This document shows, one piece after another, positions 1 through 10,600 of a stretch of 64,000 bases of DNA; the stretch's first letter is position 1; every line of letters starts with the position of its first letter. The notes beneath the pieces were generated by a model, which was not told where the DNA came from, ran no database searches, and saw only the letters and a program-made list of their open reading frames with translations. The DNA lies in IMG/VR virus record IMGVR_UViG_3300047480_000598, positions 64,001-128,000 of that record; one strand, 5' to 3'. The DNA comes from a virus. The position numbers and the translations under genes were made by a program.

Positions 1-42
1 AAAATTGTTTGCATCAGGATAGCATACTTTAAAATCTTTCAT
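1..42 (-). CDS. 5' end of a CDS running off the window (MKDFKVCYPDANNF...)
   Basis: ATG at 42-40 overlaps the TGA of the upstream ORF (ATGA coupling); frame open to the window edge. Confidence 0.6.
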   Translation of the reverse strand, partial: MKDFKVCYPDANNF

Positions 43-623
43 TTTATATTAAAAGTCATTACAATTCGTTCATTATCGGTATTATTAGGTTGTACACGAT
101 GTTTTATCCAGCCGGGAAATATTAATACATCATTTTCTTGTGCAGGGATCTCTTTATATAAACTTTCTTCAGGGTAGATTGGCCATGCTGATTTGTGATA
201 TTCTAAAGGATCTTTAAATTCTATAAAACCAGAGTCAGGGGGGAGCTTTATATACGATGCAACAACAAAAGTAGTAAAATTATGATTATGCTCTAATGTT
301 ATTCCATCTCTATAATGTTTATTAAACCAAGATCTAGTAACTTCTGAATAGGTATATGTAAATGCATGGTCCCTTCGGATTTTTGCAATTTTTTCTCCTA
401 ACCAGTTTTGAAAATCTGATAATTCTTTCCATGTATGAGGTTGTAAATTGTTATCAACAGTTGCAGTCGATATAGCGTCTCCGTATTCTAATTTTGAATT
501 ATTTTCAACCAATCTAAATAATTCGTCTATTTTAGGAGTTAGCGTATCTAATTCAAACTGGTAATTAAATTTCCATATATGTGGCGGAAATAAAATTACT
601 CCACCGTCATTAAGTTGCAGCAC
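39..623 (-). CDS. Putative 2OG-Fe(II) oxygenase (TIGR02466-like)
   Basis: HxH (EHNH), SGFIEFKDP, DVLIFPGWIKHRV and terminal RIVMTFNI motifs typical of this double-stranded beta-helix family. Confidence 0.8.
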   Translation of the reverse strand: MLQLNDGGVILFPPHIWKFNYQFELDTLTPKIDELFRLVENNSKLEYGDAISTATVDNNLQPHTWKELSDFQNWLGEKIAKIRRDHAFTYTYSEVTRSWFNKHYRDGITLEHNHNFTTFVVASYIKLPPDSGFIEFKDPLEYHKSAWPIYPEESLYKEIPAQENDVLIFPGWIKHRVQPNNTDNERIVMTFNIK

Positions 624-861
624 CTTCTACAACCTCTGCATATGTTTCTAATGCAAGTTTTAGGCCCATAATTGCACCTTCCATTTTAATAACATCTGTT
701 GATAATTCTTGTCTTTTTCCGAAATCAATTGATGTAATTCCGTAAGGGTTTAATTTAACATTTGCAAATTCTTCTTCTAATTCAGCTAATTCTTTTTCTG
801 CGTCAAGTTTTTGAATTTCAACCTTTTGAATTGTTGATTCAATTTGTTCTTTAAAGCTCAT
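610..861 (-). CDS. Small acidic coiled-coil hypothetical protein
   Basis: 83-aa ORF overlapping both neighbours; heptad-like E/K/L pattern. Confidence 0.7.
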   Translation of the reverse strand: MSFKEQIESTIQKVEIQKLDAEKELAELEEEFANVKLNPYGITSIDFGKRQELSTDVIKMEGAIMGLKLALETYAEVVEGAAT

Positions 862-1658
862 TATCTTTTCTCCTTTTTATATTTGTTTAATACTGTAATA
901 ATTCGAGTTAGTCTTGATGATAATTTATCATCGGATAAGAATGCACAGTTTGATGCATAATTAAATTCTTTTTCTTTTTTTACATCTCGTTCAGATGCAG
1001 AGTCTATACTAATATTATAGTAAGAAGTATTTAACGACTTCCTTGATATAGGAATAATCTGACACAACGGCGTTCCTGCTTTAACTATTGTTTTTCCTGA
1101 AAGTACATGCCAAAATAATTGAATATTAATTAAATGTCCGTATTTTGGATCAAGTATACCAGTAGCAGCAGTAAATCTTGATTCGTTATTGTAAGAAACA
1201 GGCATTAATAAAAATAATACATCATCACTTGCTTCAATTCGCCACGGTGTTTCAATTTTAACTACTGATTTTAACGTATTAGATGGATTATCAAGTAAAG
1301 GTTCTGTTTGACTTCGTGTGTGCCCCGAGACATAAGTATCCATTCCTTGATTTATTTTAGTAAATCGATACGGTTCATTCCACTCAAATGCTACACCGTC
1401 TCCAATAGTTGAAATTGAAAAGTCGGCAGGAGCAGGAACAATCCATCCAGTTGAAATAAGTTTTTTAATTCCGGGACAATTTTTTGAAGATAATGTTTCG
1501 GGCAAATCACCAACTTGTTCTTCGTCCATAAATTTTCGTTTAACACTAATTGAACGAACAATTGGATATAGAGTTAGAACTCCAGATTCTAAAGTATAGA
1601 ATCTAATAAATGGTTTTGATTTAAATAATCTTTTAAATATATTCATCTTTTCCGCCAT
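861..1658 (-). CDS. Conserved phage hypothetical protein, possibly dUTPase-like beta fold
   Basis: KNCPGI...GWIVPAPADF, KIETPWRI, GILD and KAGTPLCQIIP motifs; coupled to the halogenase gene. Confidence 0.6.
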   Translation of the reverse strand: MAEKMNIFKRLFKSKPFIRFYTLESGVLTLYPIVRSISVKRKFMDEEQVGDLPETLSSKNCPGIKKLISTGWIVPAPADFSISTIGDGVAFEWNEPYRFTKINQGMDTYVSGHTRSQTEPLLDNPSNTLKSVVKIETPWRIEASDDVLFLLMPVSYNNESRFTAATGILDPKYGHLINIQLFWHVLSGKTIVKAGTPLCQIIPISRKSLNTSYYNISIDSASERDVKKEKEFNYASNCAFLSDDKLSSRLTRIITVLNKYKKEKR

Positions 1659-3246
1659 AAATTTCGTTTTTTAGAAATTCGTAATGGCTCGGTAATTTAT
1701 TCACATAATCTATAACAAAATCTCTATATTCCTCGTATCTTCTTTTAGTGTATCCAATTTCTTCCTGTCGACGAGTAACTTCGATTCGAGATCCATTAAA
1801 GAAAATTAATTCTTTTGTTGAAATTGATTTAACCCCCATTCCTGCTGCAATAAACATATTTCCAACATACTCACTAGGGTAAGTCATCGAGCTAGTTATG
1901 TTCCCCATAAGGTTAGGATATTGTGCTTGCATTAACATAACGTCTCCCATTTGATCCGGACAATATTCGTTAATTTGTGTACACCATCTCCAATAAGGAG
2001 TATCTGTTCTTCTTGATAGTGCATAATGTTGTGATACAAAGTCTCTAAATTTTAATACTTCATATTCAACTGCAAAATTATATCCTTCGCGCTCGGTTCT
2101 TGTAATATAACCGTCACGTCGATTTAATACTTCGACTAATTTTATAATATTTTCATGCGTAGTTAACAGTCCGGTGGATTCTAGAGGCTCAACAAATCCA
2201 TAACTTAAACCAACTCCTACTACATTAAATAGCCAAGCTCTACGCCTACGACCGTGACGGATCTTAATATGCATCATTTCGGCATTTTCAGCTCTTTCTT
2301 TCGATCCTATTGTTGCTAAATGTTTTCTAAACTCTCTTTTAGCTTCTTCATCTGATACAAATCTAGAAGAATAAACATATCCGGTACCGATTCGATTCCA
2401 TAATGGAATATTCCATACCCACCCGTTATCTAATGCATGACAATCAGTAACATTGTGCATTTCTTTTTCACGGTCTTCGTAAGGAATTCGACATGCCCAT
2501 GCACTATCGTTTGCTAGATATTTGTCAAATGGTCGAAACTCTGAACCCATGATATTTTCGAGTAATAAGGATTTAAATCCAGTACAATCAATCCATAAGT
2601 CCGATTTTAATACAGTCCCATCTGCTAATAAAAGATCAGTTAAATGGCCTAGGGAGTCTTTTTTATGAGAATGTACATCTCCCAATATATGTTTAACTCC
2701 ATTTGGGATAGCAATTGTGTCTTTTAAATATTGTCCTAATAGTTGTGCATCAAGGTGATATGCGGTATCCCATCGAAAATCATAATTTCTTAGAATTCCC
2801 TGTTCGTTTCGAGTTTGTTTGTTGTATTTTGCTAGCATTGTATTGCCAGTTACATAAAATTCTGCAAATGTATCTGGTGTATATTCATCCGGATACATTG
2901 TTGCCAACTCGGACCATGCTTGTACTCCGGCCGGTTTATCAGAAAAGTCTAATCCTGCGCTAAATGGATATTCAAAATGTGTGCCGTCATTGTCTCGAAA
3001 ATTTGTAAATCTAATAGAATTTTTATAAGTAGCATTACATTTTGGCATCCATTCTTCATCTTTAAGCCCTAGTAACGAGAAGAATTTATTAATGTGACCT
3101 AATGTACTTTCTCCTACGCCAATTGTTCCGACTCGAGCTGATTCAACTAGTGTAATGTCTAAATGCGGACATAACTTAGATAATGCTGCTGCTGTCATCC
3201 AGCCACTTGAGCCTCCTCCAACAATTGTTACTGTTTTAATTTGCAT
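1633..3246 (-). CDS. prnA: Flavin-dependent halogenase, tryptophan halogenase (PrnA) family
   Basis: GGGSSG FAD motif, IGVGEST, catalytic Lys in CNATYKNSIRF, WVWNIP (WxWxIP) and FVEPLESTG (FxxPxxSxG). Confidence 0.92.
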   Translation of the reverse strand: MQIKTVTIVGGGSSGWMTAAALSKLCPHLDITLVESARVGTIGVGESTLGHINKFFSLLGLKDEEWMPKCNATYKNSIRFTNFRDNDGTHFEYPFSAGLDFSDKPAGVQAWSELATMYPDEYTPDTFAEFYVTGNTMLAKYNKQTRNEQGILRNYDFRWDTAYHLDAQLLGQYLKDTIAIPNGVKHILGDVHSHKKDSLGHLTDLLLADGTVLKSDLWIDCTGFKSLLLENIMGSEFRPFDKYLANDSAWACRIPYEDREKEMHNVTDCHALDNGWVWNIPLWNRIGTGYVYSSRFVSDEEAKREFRKHLATIGSKERAENAEMMHIKIRHGRRRRAWLFNVVGVGLSYGFVEPLESTGLLTTHENIIKLVEVLNRRDGYITRTEREGYNFAVEYEVLKFRDFVSQHYALSRRTDTPYWRWCTQINEYCPDQMGDVMLMQAQYPNLMGNITSSMTYPSEYVGNMFIAAGMGVKSISTKELIFFNGSRIEVTRRQEEIGYTKRRYEEYRDFVIDYVNKLPSHYEFLKNEIYGGKDEYI

Positions 3247-3269
3247 AAAAAATCCTCTTATTAGCAGGG

Positions 3270-3277
3270 TATTTATA
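3270..3277 (-). promoter_or_regulatory. T4-type late promoter TATAAATA for the halogenase operon
   Basis: Exact consensus between a terminator and the SD (GAGGA) of the halogenase gene. Confidence 0.75.
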
Positions 3278-3300
3278 GGTAGGATTTTTTATAGTCATTA

Positions 3301-3326
3301 AAAAAGGTATCGTACGATACCTTTTT
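3301..3326. terminator. Bidirectional intrinsic terminator
   Basis: Perfect palindrome AAAAAGGTATCGTACGATACCTTTTT just after the stop of 3343..3840. Confidence 0.8.
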
Positions 3327-3342
3327 ATAAAGTTTTAAGATT

Positions 3343-3840
3343 TTAATTCAAAGATTGGTACCCTTTCCAACCAGGATATCTAATCCACGACTGTAATTCA
3401 GGAGTACTCGGAACACAGGGTTTATTAACACTCGGTTCTTCTGTTGTCGATTTTAACATTAATTCTTCAAGAGAGATAGGTTCTTCTATAACTGGTTTTT
3501 CTATCATAGTTTTTACATTAACAATATGTTGGAACCATGCACTATTTTGATCTAAACTTCCATTTTCTTTTATATCATCAAAAATCATTCCAAGTTGTTC
3601 GCCTATTTCCCCATATGCAACTTTTCTTGCAACAGCATTATTAGTGAATCCACCTTCTCTTTCAATCCAAATCATCTCTCCCCGACTTGGACTCCATTCC
3701 AATGTCCAGTCTAATTGAATATTATCCGGAGCATCAACCCATGCTATTGTAGCATCCGGTCCTTCGTATATTTCATAATCTTCTCCCGGATCACGAATTT
3801 CGCTTACGTATCCTTGATAAGAAACAATTGCTTTTTTCAT
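3343..3840 (-). CDS. Putative tail fibre assembly/chaperone protein
   Basis: RKVAYGEIGEQLGMIFDDI...WFQHIVNVK pattern typical of small genes following phage fibre genes; last gene of the fibre operon. Confidence 0.55.
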   Translation of the reverse strand: MKKAIVSYQGYVSEIRDPGEDYEIYEGPDATIAWVDAPDNIQLDWTLEWSPSRGEMIWIEREGGFTNNAVARKVAYGEIGEQLGMIFDDIKENGSLDQNSAWFQHIVNVKTMIEKPVIEEPISLEELMLKSTTEEPSVNKPCVPSTPELQSWIRYPGWKGYQSLN

Positions 3841-3859
3841 ATTACTTTCCTAATTTGAG

Positions 3860-4714
3860 TTATTTATATTCTTCAACAACAATAATTCCCGGTCTTCCAT
3901 CTGAACCTCTATGTCCGTGAAAATATCCTCCTGTGCCGCCCGATCCCGGAGCAGCATGACCTTGGTGATTGTGAGAAAAGTGACCTCCTTGAGGATGTCC
4001 TGATGGTGCCGGACCTCCGAAGTGACTAGTCCCACCCGGACCAAAACTATGATAATGTGCTCCTCCGCTTCCGGTATGAATATTTAGATCACCGCCGGAC
4101 CCTAATCCGCTTACACCACCTGAATGTTGATTTTGTCTATTTGCTCCATGTCCTCCGCCAGCGGAACAATACGGTCCAAATGAGCTAGTTCCGCCGTCGT
4201 TACCTGCCCCTGAATAATAATTGCCGCCACCGCCGCCACCAATCGTAACTGATACTGAGCTAATTCCACTAACATCTAGTACACGTTCTGAATACCCGCC
4301 TGCTGCTCCTGATTCTCCATGACCGGACGCGCCGCCGCCTCCTCCTTGAACTTTAATTTTAATATATCTCACACCTGCAGGTCTATTCCAAGTTCCGGTA
4401 CTAGTAAATACTTGCATACTTGAAAAACCAATTTGAGCATATTCAAGACCGGTTGCAGAAGAGTTTGTTCTAAGCACAGTGTCAGTACTACCAACGCTTG
4501 ATAACCCCGTGCCTCCTTTTCCAACCGGCATTAAATTAGTTACTCTATTCGAAGTATAATCAACTGCGCCCGTTGCAAACTTTGCTGATGTTACATTTCC
4601 GTCAGCAATATCATTCACTCCTATTGTGTTGTTTGCAAAATCTGAAGAGACTAGCGTCCCGTCAATAATATGTGATCCGGTAATTTGTTTTAAAGTTTGA
4701 TAATCAAATGCCAT
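3860..4714 (-). CDS. Gly/His-rich tail fibre or adhesin, paralog 3
   Basis: MAFDY start, short pentapeptide-like shaft, VFTSTGTWxRP...GGGGG Gly-rich C-terminal domain ending GxxGIIVVEEY. Confidence 0.75.
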   Translation of the reverse strand: MAFDYQTLKQITGSHIIDGTLVSSDFANNTIGVNDIADGNVTSAKFATGAVDYTSNRVTNLMPVGKGGTGLSSVGSTDTVLRTNSSATGLEYAQIGFSSMQVFTSTGTWNRPAGVRYIKIKVQGGGGGASGHGESGAAGGYSERVLDVSGISSVSVTIGGGGGGNYYSGAGNDGGTSSFGPYCSAGGGHGANRQNQHSGGVSGLGSGGDLNIHTGSGGAHYHSFGPGGTSHFGGPAPSGHPQGGHFSHNHQGHAAPGSGGTGGYFHGHRGSDGRPGIIVVEEYK

Positions 4715-4725
4715 ACGTTAGTCTC

Positions 4726-5589
4726 TTAAAAATATTCTGTAATTACGATAATTCCCGGTCTTCCATCTGAACCTCTATGCCCACTGAAATACCCTGATGT
4801 TCCGCCGGTACCTGGAGCAGAATATCCTTGATGATTATGTGAAAAATGACCGCCTTGTGGATGTCCCGCAGGAGCAGGTCCTCCAAAAAATGTACTTCCT
4901 CCCATTCCTGACGACCGCTGTTCGTGGCCTCCACCGCAGCCTTGATATAAATTTAGGTCTCCGCCTGATCCAGTACCACTAACACCACCGTTATGATTGT
5001 TATGTCGATTGCATCCATGTCCGCCGCCCGCTGAGACATATGGGCCAAATGAGCTTCCTGCTCCATTGCCGCCTGCATTATTGTAATAAGTGCCGCCGCC
5101 TCCGCCACCGATCGTAACTGATACCGAGTTAATTCCGTTTTGTGCAACTTCTAACACTCTTTCTGCATAACCTCCCGCAGCTCCTGATTCCCCGTGGCCT
5201 CCCGCGCCTCCGCCCCCGCCTTGAACTTGAATATGAATATATCGTACGCGAGAATCTCTACTCCAAGTTCCATTACTAGTAAATACTTGCATCCTAAATA
5301 TTCCAGAGTTTGCAAAAGTTAATCCGCTTGCTCCGCTGTTCATTGATAATACTTGATATGCGCTACCAATGGCAGTTAATCCTGTGCCTCCTTTAGTTAC
5401 AGGGACAGTCCCTGTAACTGTACTATCTGATAAGATTACAGAATTAACTCCTAATTCTGTATTTGTAATTGTACTATTTGCTATTTTAGCAGTAGTAATA
5501 TTTTGATCAGCTACATCTGTTCCGGTTATTGTATTACTAATAAAAGAATCAGAAGATAAATTTCTTAATGTTTTATAATCGAATGCCAT
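4726..5589 (-). CDS. Gly/His-rich tail fibre or adhesin, paralog 2
   Basis: Colinear with paralogs 1 and 3; HPQGGHFSHNHQG motif. Confidence 0.75.
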   Translation of the reverse strand: MAFDYKTLRNLSSDSFISNTITGTDVADQNITTAKIANSTITNTELGVNSVILSDSTVTGTVPVTKGGTGLTAIGSAYQVLSMNSGASGLTFANSGIFRMQVFTSNGTWSRDSRVRYIHIQVQGGGGGAGGHGESGAAGGYAERVLEVAQNGINSVSVTIGGGGGGTYYNNAGGNGAGSSFGPYVSAGGGHGCNRHNNHNGGVSGTGSGGDLNLYQGCGGGHEQRSSGMGGSTFFGGPAPAGHPQGGHFSHNHQGYSAPGTGGTSGYFSGHRGSDGRPGIIVITEYF

Positions 5590-5600
5590 GTGTGATCCTC

Positions 5601-6452
5601 TTAATAGTAACTTGTTATAACAATAATACCAGGTCTTCCATCTGAACCTCTATGTCCATGAAAGTGAGCGCCGGCTCCGCCTGTGCCCGGTGCAGTATGT
5701 CCTTGGTGGTTGTGTGCAAAATGTCCGCCTTGTGGGTGACTACTTGGAGCACCACCGCCAAAAAATGTATCTGCGCAGCTTTGAGCACTATATGCATGAT
5801 GACTAAATCCGCCGCCCATGTGAAGATTTAAATTCCCCCCGGATCCTGCACCGCTTACACCTCCCGAGTGTTGATTTTGTCTATTTGCGCCGTGCCCGCC
5901 TCCGGCCGAAATATATGGTCCAAATGAGCTACCATTACCGTTTCCGCCGGCTCCTGAATAATAAGTGCCGCTGCCTCCTCCTCCGATTGTCACGGCAACT
6001 GTGCTCAAACCTCTAACATCAAGAAATCTTTCAGCATATCCGCCTGCACCGCCACCTTCACCATGTCCGGATCCACCACCGGCACCACCTTGAACTTGGA
6101 CTTTAACATATCGCACATTTGAAGGTCTAGTCCATGTGCCGTTTCCAGTAAAAACTTGTAAACCTTGTATTCCATGAGTATAAAATTGAGGGTTACTACC
6201 GTCACTATATAATGCTTGAAATGCTGACCCTAAGGATGTTCGATTTAGTCCACCGCGGTTAATAGGTAGTGTCCCTGTTGTAGTTGAACTTGAATTATCG
6301 ATAGAACCGGATCCTAATTTTACATTAGTTACATTTCCTGCTGCAATCTGTGTTGCAGTAATATTGTTGTCAGCTATTTCAGCGGTAAGAATAGTCCCAT
6401 CAATAATACCGTCATTTCTAATATTTTTAAGTGATTGATAATCAAATGCCAT
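5601..6452 (-). CDS. Gly/His-rich tail fibre or adhesin, paralog 1
   Basis: Colinear with paralogs 2 and 3; about 15 His in the C-terminal ~190 aa. Confidence 0.75.
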   Translation of the reverse strand: MAFDYQSLKNIRNDGIIDGTILTAEIADNNITATQIAAGNVTNVKLGSGSIDNSSSTTTGTLPINRGGLNRTSLGSAFQALYSDGSNPQFYTHGIQGLQVFTGNGTWTRPSNVRYVKVQVQGGAGGGSGHGEGGGAGGYAERFLDVRGLSTVAVTIGGGGSGTYYSGAGGNGNGSSFGPYISAGGGHGANRQNQHSGGVSGAGSGGNLNLHMGGGFSHHAYSAQSCADTFFGGGAPSSHPQGGHFAHNHQGHTAPGTGGAGAHFHGHRGSDGRPGIIVITSYY

Positions 6453-6464
6453 AATTTTACTCTA

Positions 6465-7280
6465 TTAAATACCGTGGGCTATTAACCAACCATAACTTGC
6501 ATTTCCTGACCAAACTAATGCAAATGCAGCACCATTTGTTGATACCGTCATAGTATCTAACTGCCTCATAATTCTATTTCCATTATTACCTATTGTTAAA
6601 TTTTGGCTTGAAAAAGTTCCGGCTAAGTCAATAATATGAATTACATCTCCGGTTGTTGGGGATCCTGGTAATGTAATTGTAAATCCTCCGCCACTAGTAT
6701 TCGCAAATATTCGATCACCTGCCGCTGCGGTTGTTCCACTACTTATAGTAGTCCACGGTTTACCATATTTTAATTCAGTAAACGTTTTAGTCATTAAATC
6801 GTAAGTATTAGACGGGGTAAATGCCGAGCTTGCAGTTACTGCTGACCCATTAAAAGTCGCCGTTCCACCGAATGTCGAATTTGCTGTTACACTAAGACCG
6901 GTTCCTGTTGCTTTTCCTGCAGTTAAAGTATCAGTAAAATTACCAGTACTACCTAATTGAGGTCCACCTTCGTTATTTGTAATAACATAGTTAGTCCCGT
7001 CTGATGTTAATGTATACGTAGCATATTGTGGAATAGTTTGCGATGTAGATGATGTAAATCCAGGACCGATAATATTTCCACTTGGTGTTGCGATAGTAAT
7101 AGTTCCTGTAGTATTATTATAGAAACTTTGTGCTAATCCAGTATATAAACCAGGGCTGGCTAAGTTTACCGTATACGGCGCCGTTCCTGAAAAAGTTGTA
7201 AGTAACCCTTGTGCAGGAGTCGAAAACGTTGTTCCTCCTGTAGTCGATGACGTTGAAGTTACGGTATTATAGCGTGCCAT
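6465..7280 (-). CDS. Virion structural protein, fibre connector-like
   Basis: Thr/Gly-rich; NTSGGGFTITLPGSPTTGDVIHIID beta-domain of the kind found in T4-like gp9/gp10/fibre proteins. Confidence 0.6.
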   Translation of the reverse strand: MARYNTVTSTSSTTGGTTFSTPAQGLLTTFSGTAPYTVNLASPGLYTGLAQSFYNNTTGTITIATPSGNIIGPGFTSSTSQTIPQYATYTLTSDGTNYVITNNEGGPQLGSTGNFTDTLTAGKATGTGLSVTANSTFGGTATFNGSAVTASSAFTPSNTYDLMTKTFTELKYGKPWTTISSGTTAAAGDRIFANTSGGGFTITLPGSPTTGDVIHIIDLAGTFSSQNLTIGNNGNRIMRQLDTMTVSTNGAAFALVWSGNASYGWLIAHGI

Positions 7281-7295
7281 TAATTTAGTCTCCTA

Positions 7296-7622
7296 TTATA
7301 CTACTGATGTTTCAATACCGTATACTGTAACATTAACAGCAGAACCAGCACTTGCATATGCAACTACATATTTTCCTGAATCTAATACTAGTCCAGTTCT
7401 TTCAAATACTCCCTTTGCAACAATAACAGTATCGTATTCGATCCACTCTGCTGTACCCGGGGTTGAAGTAGTTGCAAGAGCCAATCGAACTGTTACAGCA
7501 CTGGTACTTGTATTAGTCATTGATACATTAAACACACTATAGTAGCCTGTTGGTACCACGTATACGTTAGTATTAGTCGTTGCTGCTAACTGTACCGGGG
7601 TATATAATCTTCCTGTTGCCAT
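7296..7622 (-). CDS. Small beta-sandwich virion protein (paralog of 27737..28093 and 36601..36933)
   Basis: Shared pattern T-x-[VL]-Y...N...[IV]-[PV]...[LM]-[VI]-L; SD GGAG. Confidence 0.65.
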   Translation of the reverse strand: MATGRLYTPVQLAATTNTNVYVVPTGYYSVFNVSMTNTSTSAVTVRLALATTSTPGTAEWIEYDTVIVAKGVFERTGLVLDSGKYVVAYASAGSAVNVTVYGIETSVV

Positions 7623-7639
7623 TTATAATTTCTCCGTTA

Positions 7640-10600
7640 TTATCTTTGCATAAAGAATCCAAGTGCAACGGGAGACCCGTCAATGCCACCTGTAAAATTC
7701 ATTTTAGTTGTTACATTAATAGCTTCACCTGTTGTGGTGCTAATACTATTTCCTGCAATGTACACAATACCAGATGTAAGTGTATTTACATTCAATGAGC
7801 TCTGCCCGCCACCAATTTGTGAAGTAATGTATGATTTAATTGCTCTTTGTGTTGGTACAATACTGTCACTATCCGCAGTAAAGAACGGGTCTGTACTGAA
7901 TTGTGTAATAATTGCAGATCCTACACCAAGTTCAACTGATCCTAATTGTAAACTATTTAATCCGCTAAGGTTAAATGCACTAGCATTCAACGTTGCAGTA
8001 CCAGTTGCCTGTTGAACTCCGAACAAGTTACCGACATTAAAGTTACCGTCTTGGTCTGTACTTGTGAAGAATACACGACCTCCTGCCGAATAAACTGTTT
8101 GATTCGCTTGTATCGCTGTCGAAATATCAACATTTGGATAATTGGTTCTTTCTTTGCCACCGGTGCCAATATATAAGAAGTCGTGTCCAGTTAATCGTAC
8201 TTGAGAGTATTTAATACGAGCTGTTACTCGATCACCATGTACCGGAGCTTGTAATACCGAAAGCGCAGGGTTAATTTGGAAGGTTGCTGTTTTAGAACCT
8301 AAACTTCCTAATTCATTAGTAATAGTTACTAATTTAAAGTACACACCCGGTAGACTATCAAACTCAACATTTGCACCTGCTTCTGGAATATCATATAACC
8401 CTTCAACATTAATAAATGAACTTGGTTGATATAAATCTGCATATCCGTCACCATTCGGTTCTGCGGTTGCAGTTGTCATATCGGTACCTCGATTACTAAA
8501 GCTCGGATTTCCTAATGCACCGTCTCCCATTCTTACTCTAAATGCTGCGGATTTAACTTTATTCGGATCAGTTACTGTAAATATCGGACCAGCTCGATAT
8601 GTTCCTGATAAACCAGTTACAGTTGTTAAATTAACAGGAGTAGAGCTTCCTGCGGTTGCTGAAACTTTAAAACTAGTATCAGTTACAATAGTTGAACCGA
8701 TAACATAATATGTAATATTTTCTACTAGTCCTGCACTTGAACATCCTGTAAACTCAATTGGTTGACTATCAATTAAGTTAGTAGTATCTGATACTGTAAT
8801 GCTGTCAGTTGCTCCGCCAGTAGCTGCTGTAACTGTTCCTGTTGGATATCCTGATCCCGGTTCTATCATTCTAACTTCGGTTACAACACCGCTCGATACC
8901 TTAACACGGCCTAATGCTTGAGCCCCTGTCTTGATACTACATGCAACAGTTCCACTAGTATTACTAATTGCAACCCATACAGGAGTATCATTAGTGTTTC
9001 CGAACTGTGCGCTAATCCAGTTTGAACTACTTGACAAAGCTCGTACTGTCCAATTAATACCGTCGGGGCTTGTAGCTGCTACAGATCCACCGCTTGATAC
9101 AGCTAAGAACAGCCCTTGGCCATAAGATACCTTGTTCCATGTTTGGCTTGATGGTAACCCAGGAGTTGCTGCAACCCATGATGTTCCTTTATCTGTGCTT
9201 ATAGCAACATTTCTACCTCCACTTTCTATAGCAACAAATCTACCGTTACCATATGCTATACTAGACCATGTAGTTGAAGTTGGTAGATTTCCGCCTGCTG
9301 TCCAAGAGTTTCCATTTGAACTTACCGCAGTTACTAGATTACCTGTTGATATTGCAACAAATGTTCCGTTTCCGTATACAACCGCAGAATAAGTACCAGA
9401 ACCTAATGTCGGAATCGATCTTCCAGTCCAAGTGCTTCCGTTTGTACTCGATGCTGCACTATTTGTTCCGCCTACTGCAACATATACTCCGTTACCGTAT
9501 GTAAGACTAACGAAGTCGGATGCCGGTAACGCAGATCCTGCTGTCCATGCAGATCCTGCAAGAACTCCTGCGCTTGTTGTATAACAGTTATCAGAAGACC
9601 CGGTAGCAATAGCTACATATCGTGCGCCGGTATCTAATATTGTAACTGTTGGTGTTGTTGTATATCCTTTACCGGAATTTGTAATTGTTAAAGTTTTAAC
9701 ACCTGCATTTTCTAGTGTCGGTGTCAATATTGCAGTTGTTCCTATATACAATAGAACCGCAGTTCCATTTGATGCCGACCCGCTAGTGTGTATTGGTCCG
9801 GTTGTAGTAAATGTTCCCCCAGTAGTAACAGTATACCAATGTTTAACACCAGTATTTACATAGTAGATAGTTTGATTTAATGTTACAACACCGCCTGAGC
9901 TCCATGCAGAACCTGTAAATGGATCGCTAACAGTTACCGACGGTGTACTAAAGTAATTTCTACCCCAGTCAACCGAAGTTGCAATCGTTACTCTATCAGT
10001 CACTGCTGCTACTGTCGGAGCAGCGTTGTAACCAGATCCCGGAATAGTAACTGTAACACTCACAATTTCTCCGTTTAATACTGCGCATGTTGCAACAGCA
10101 CCGGTTCCTCCACTTACTGAGGTAAACACAATAACCGGTGGAGTTGTATATCCTGCTCCTCCGTTTATAACTGTAACACTTGCAACTTGATCGTCAGTAG
10201 CTGCGCCAGTTGTATTTGGTACTCCTAATACTGCTTGAAGTACTGCACCCTGGCCTCCTAAACCTCCAATAGTAACTGTAGCAACTGCACCTTCTCCGCC
10301 TCCGTATACTACATCAGTCCAGCTTGCACTTGCAGATAACGACCCTGCTGTAGCCCATGTTGTACCAGTTGTAGAATATGTTGTGCTTTGACCAGATCCT
10401 GCAATTGCTAGATACTTGCTGTCTCCGTATGTTATATCTTTCCATGCAGCAGTAGAACTTAATGTTCTTGCAGTAGCACGATATCCTGGTGCAGTATAGT
10501 TAATTGTCGGTTCGATAATGTATTGAGTTGTTAAATCGAGTGCATTTTCAATTGTTCTTCCTGGTATTACATGATCCCACCCTGCTGCTAATAATGTCAT

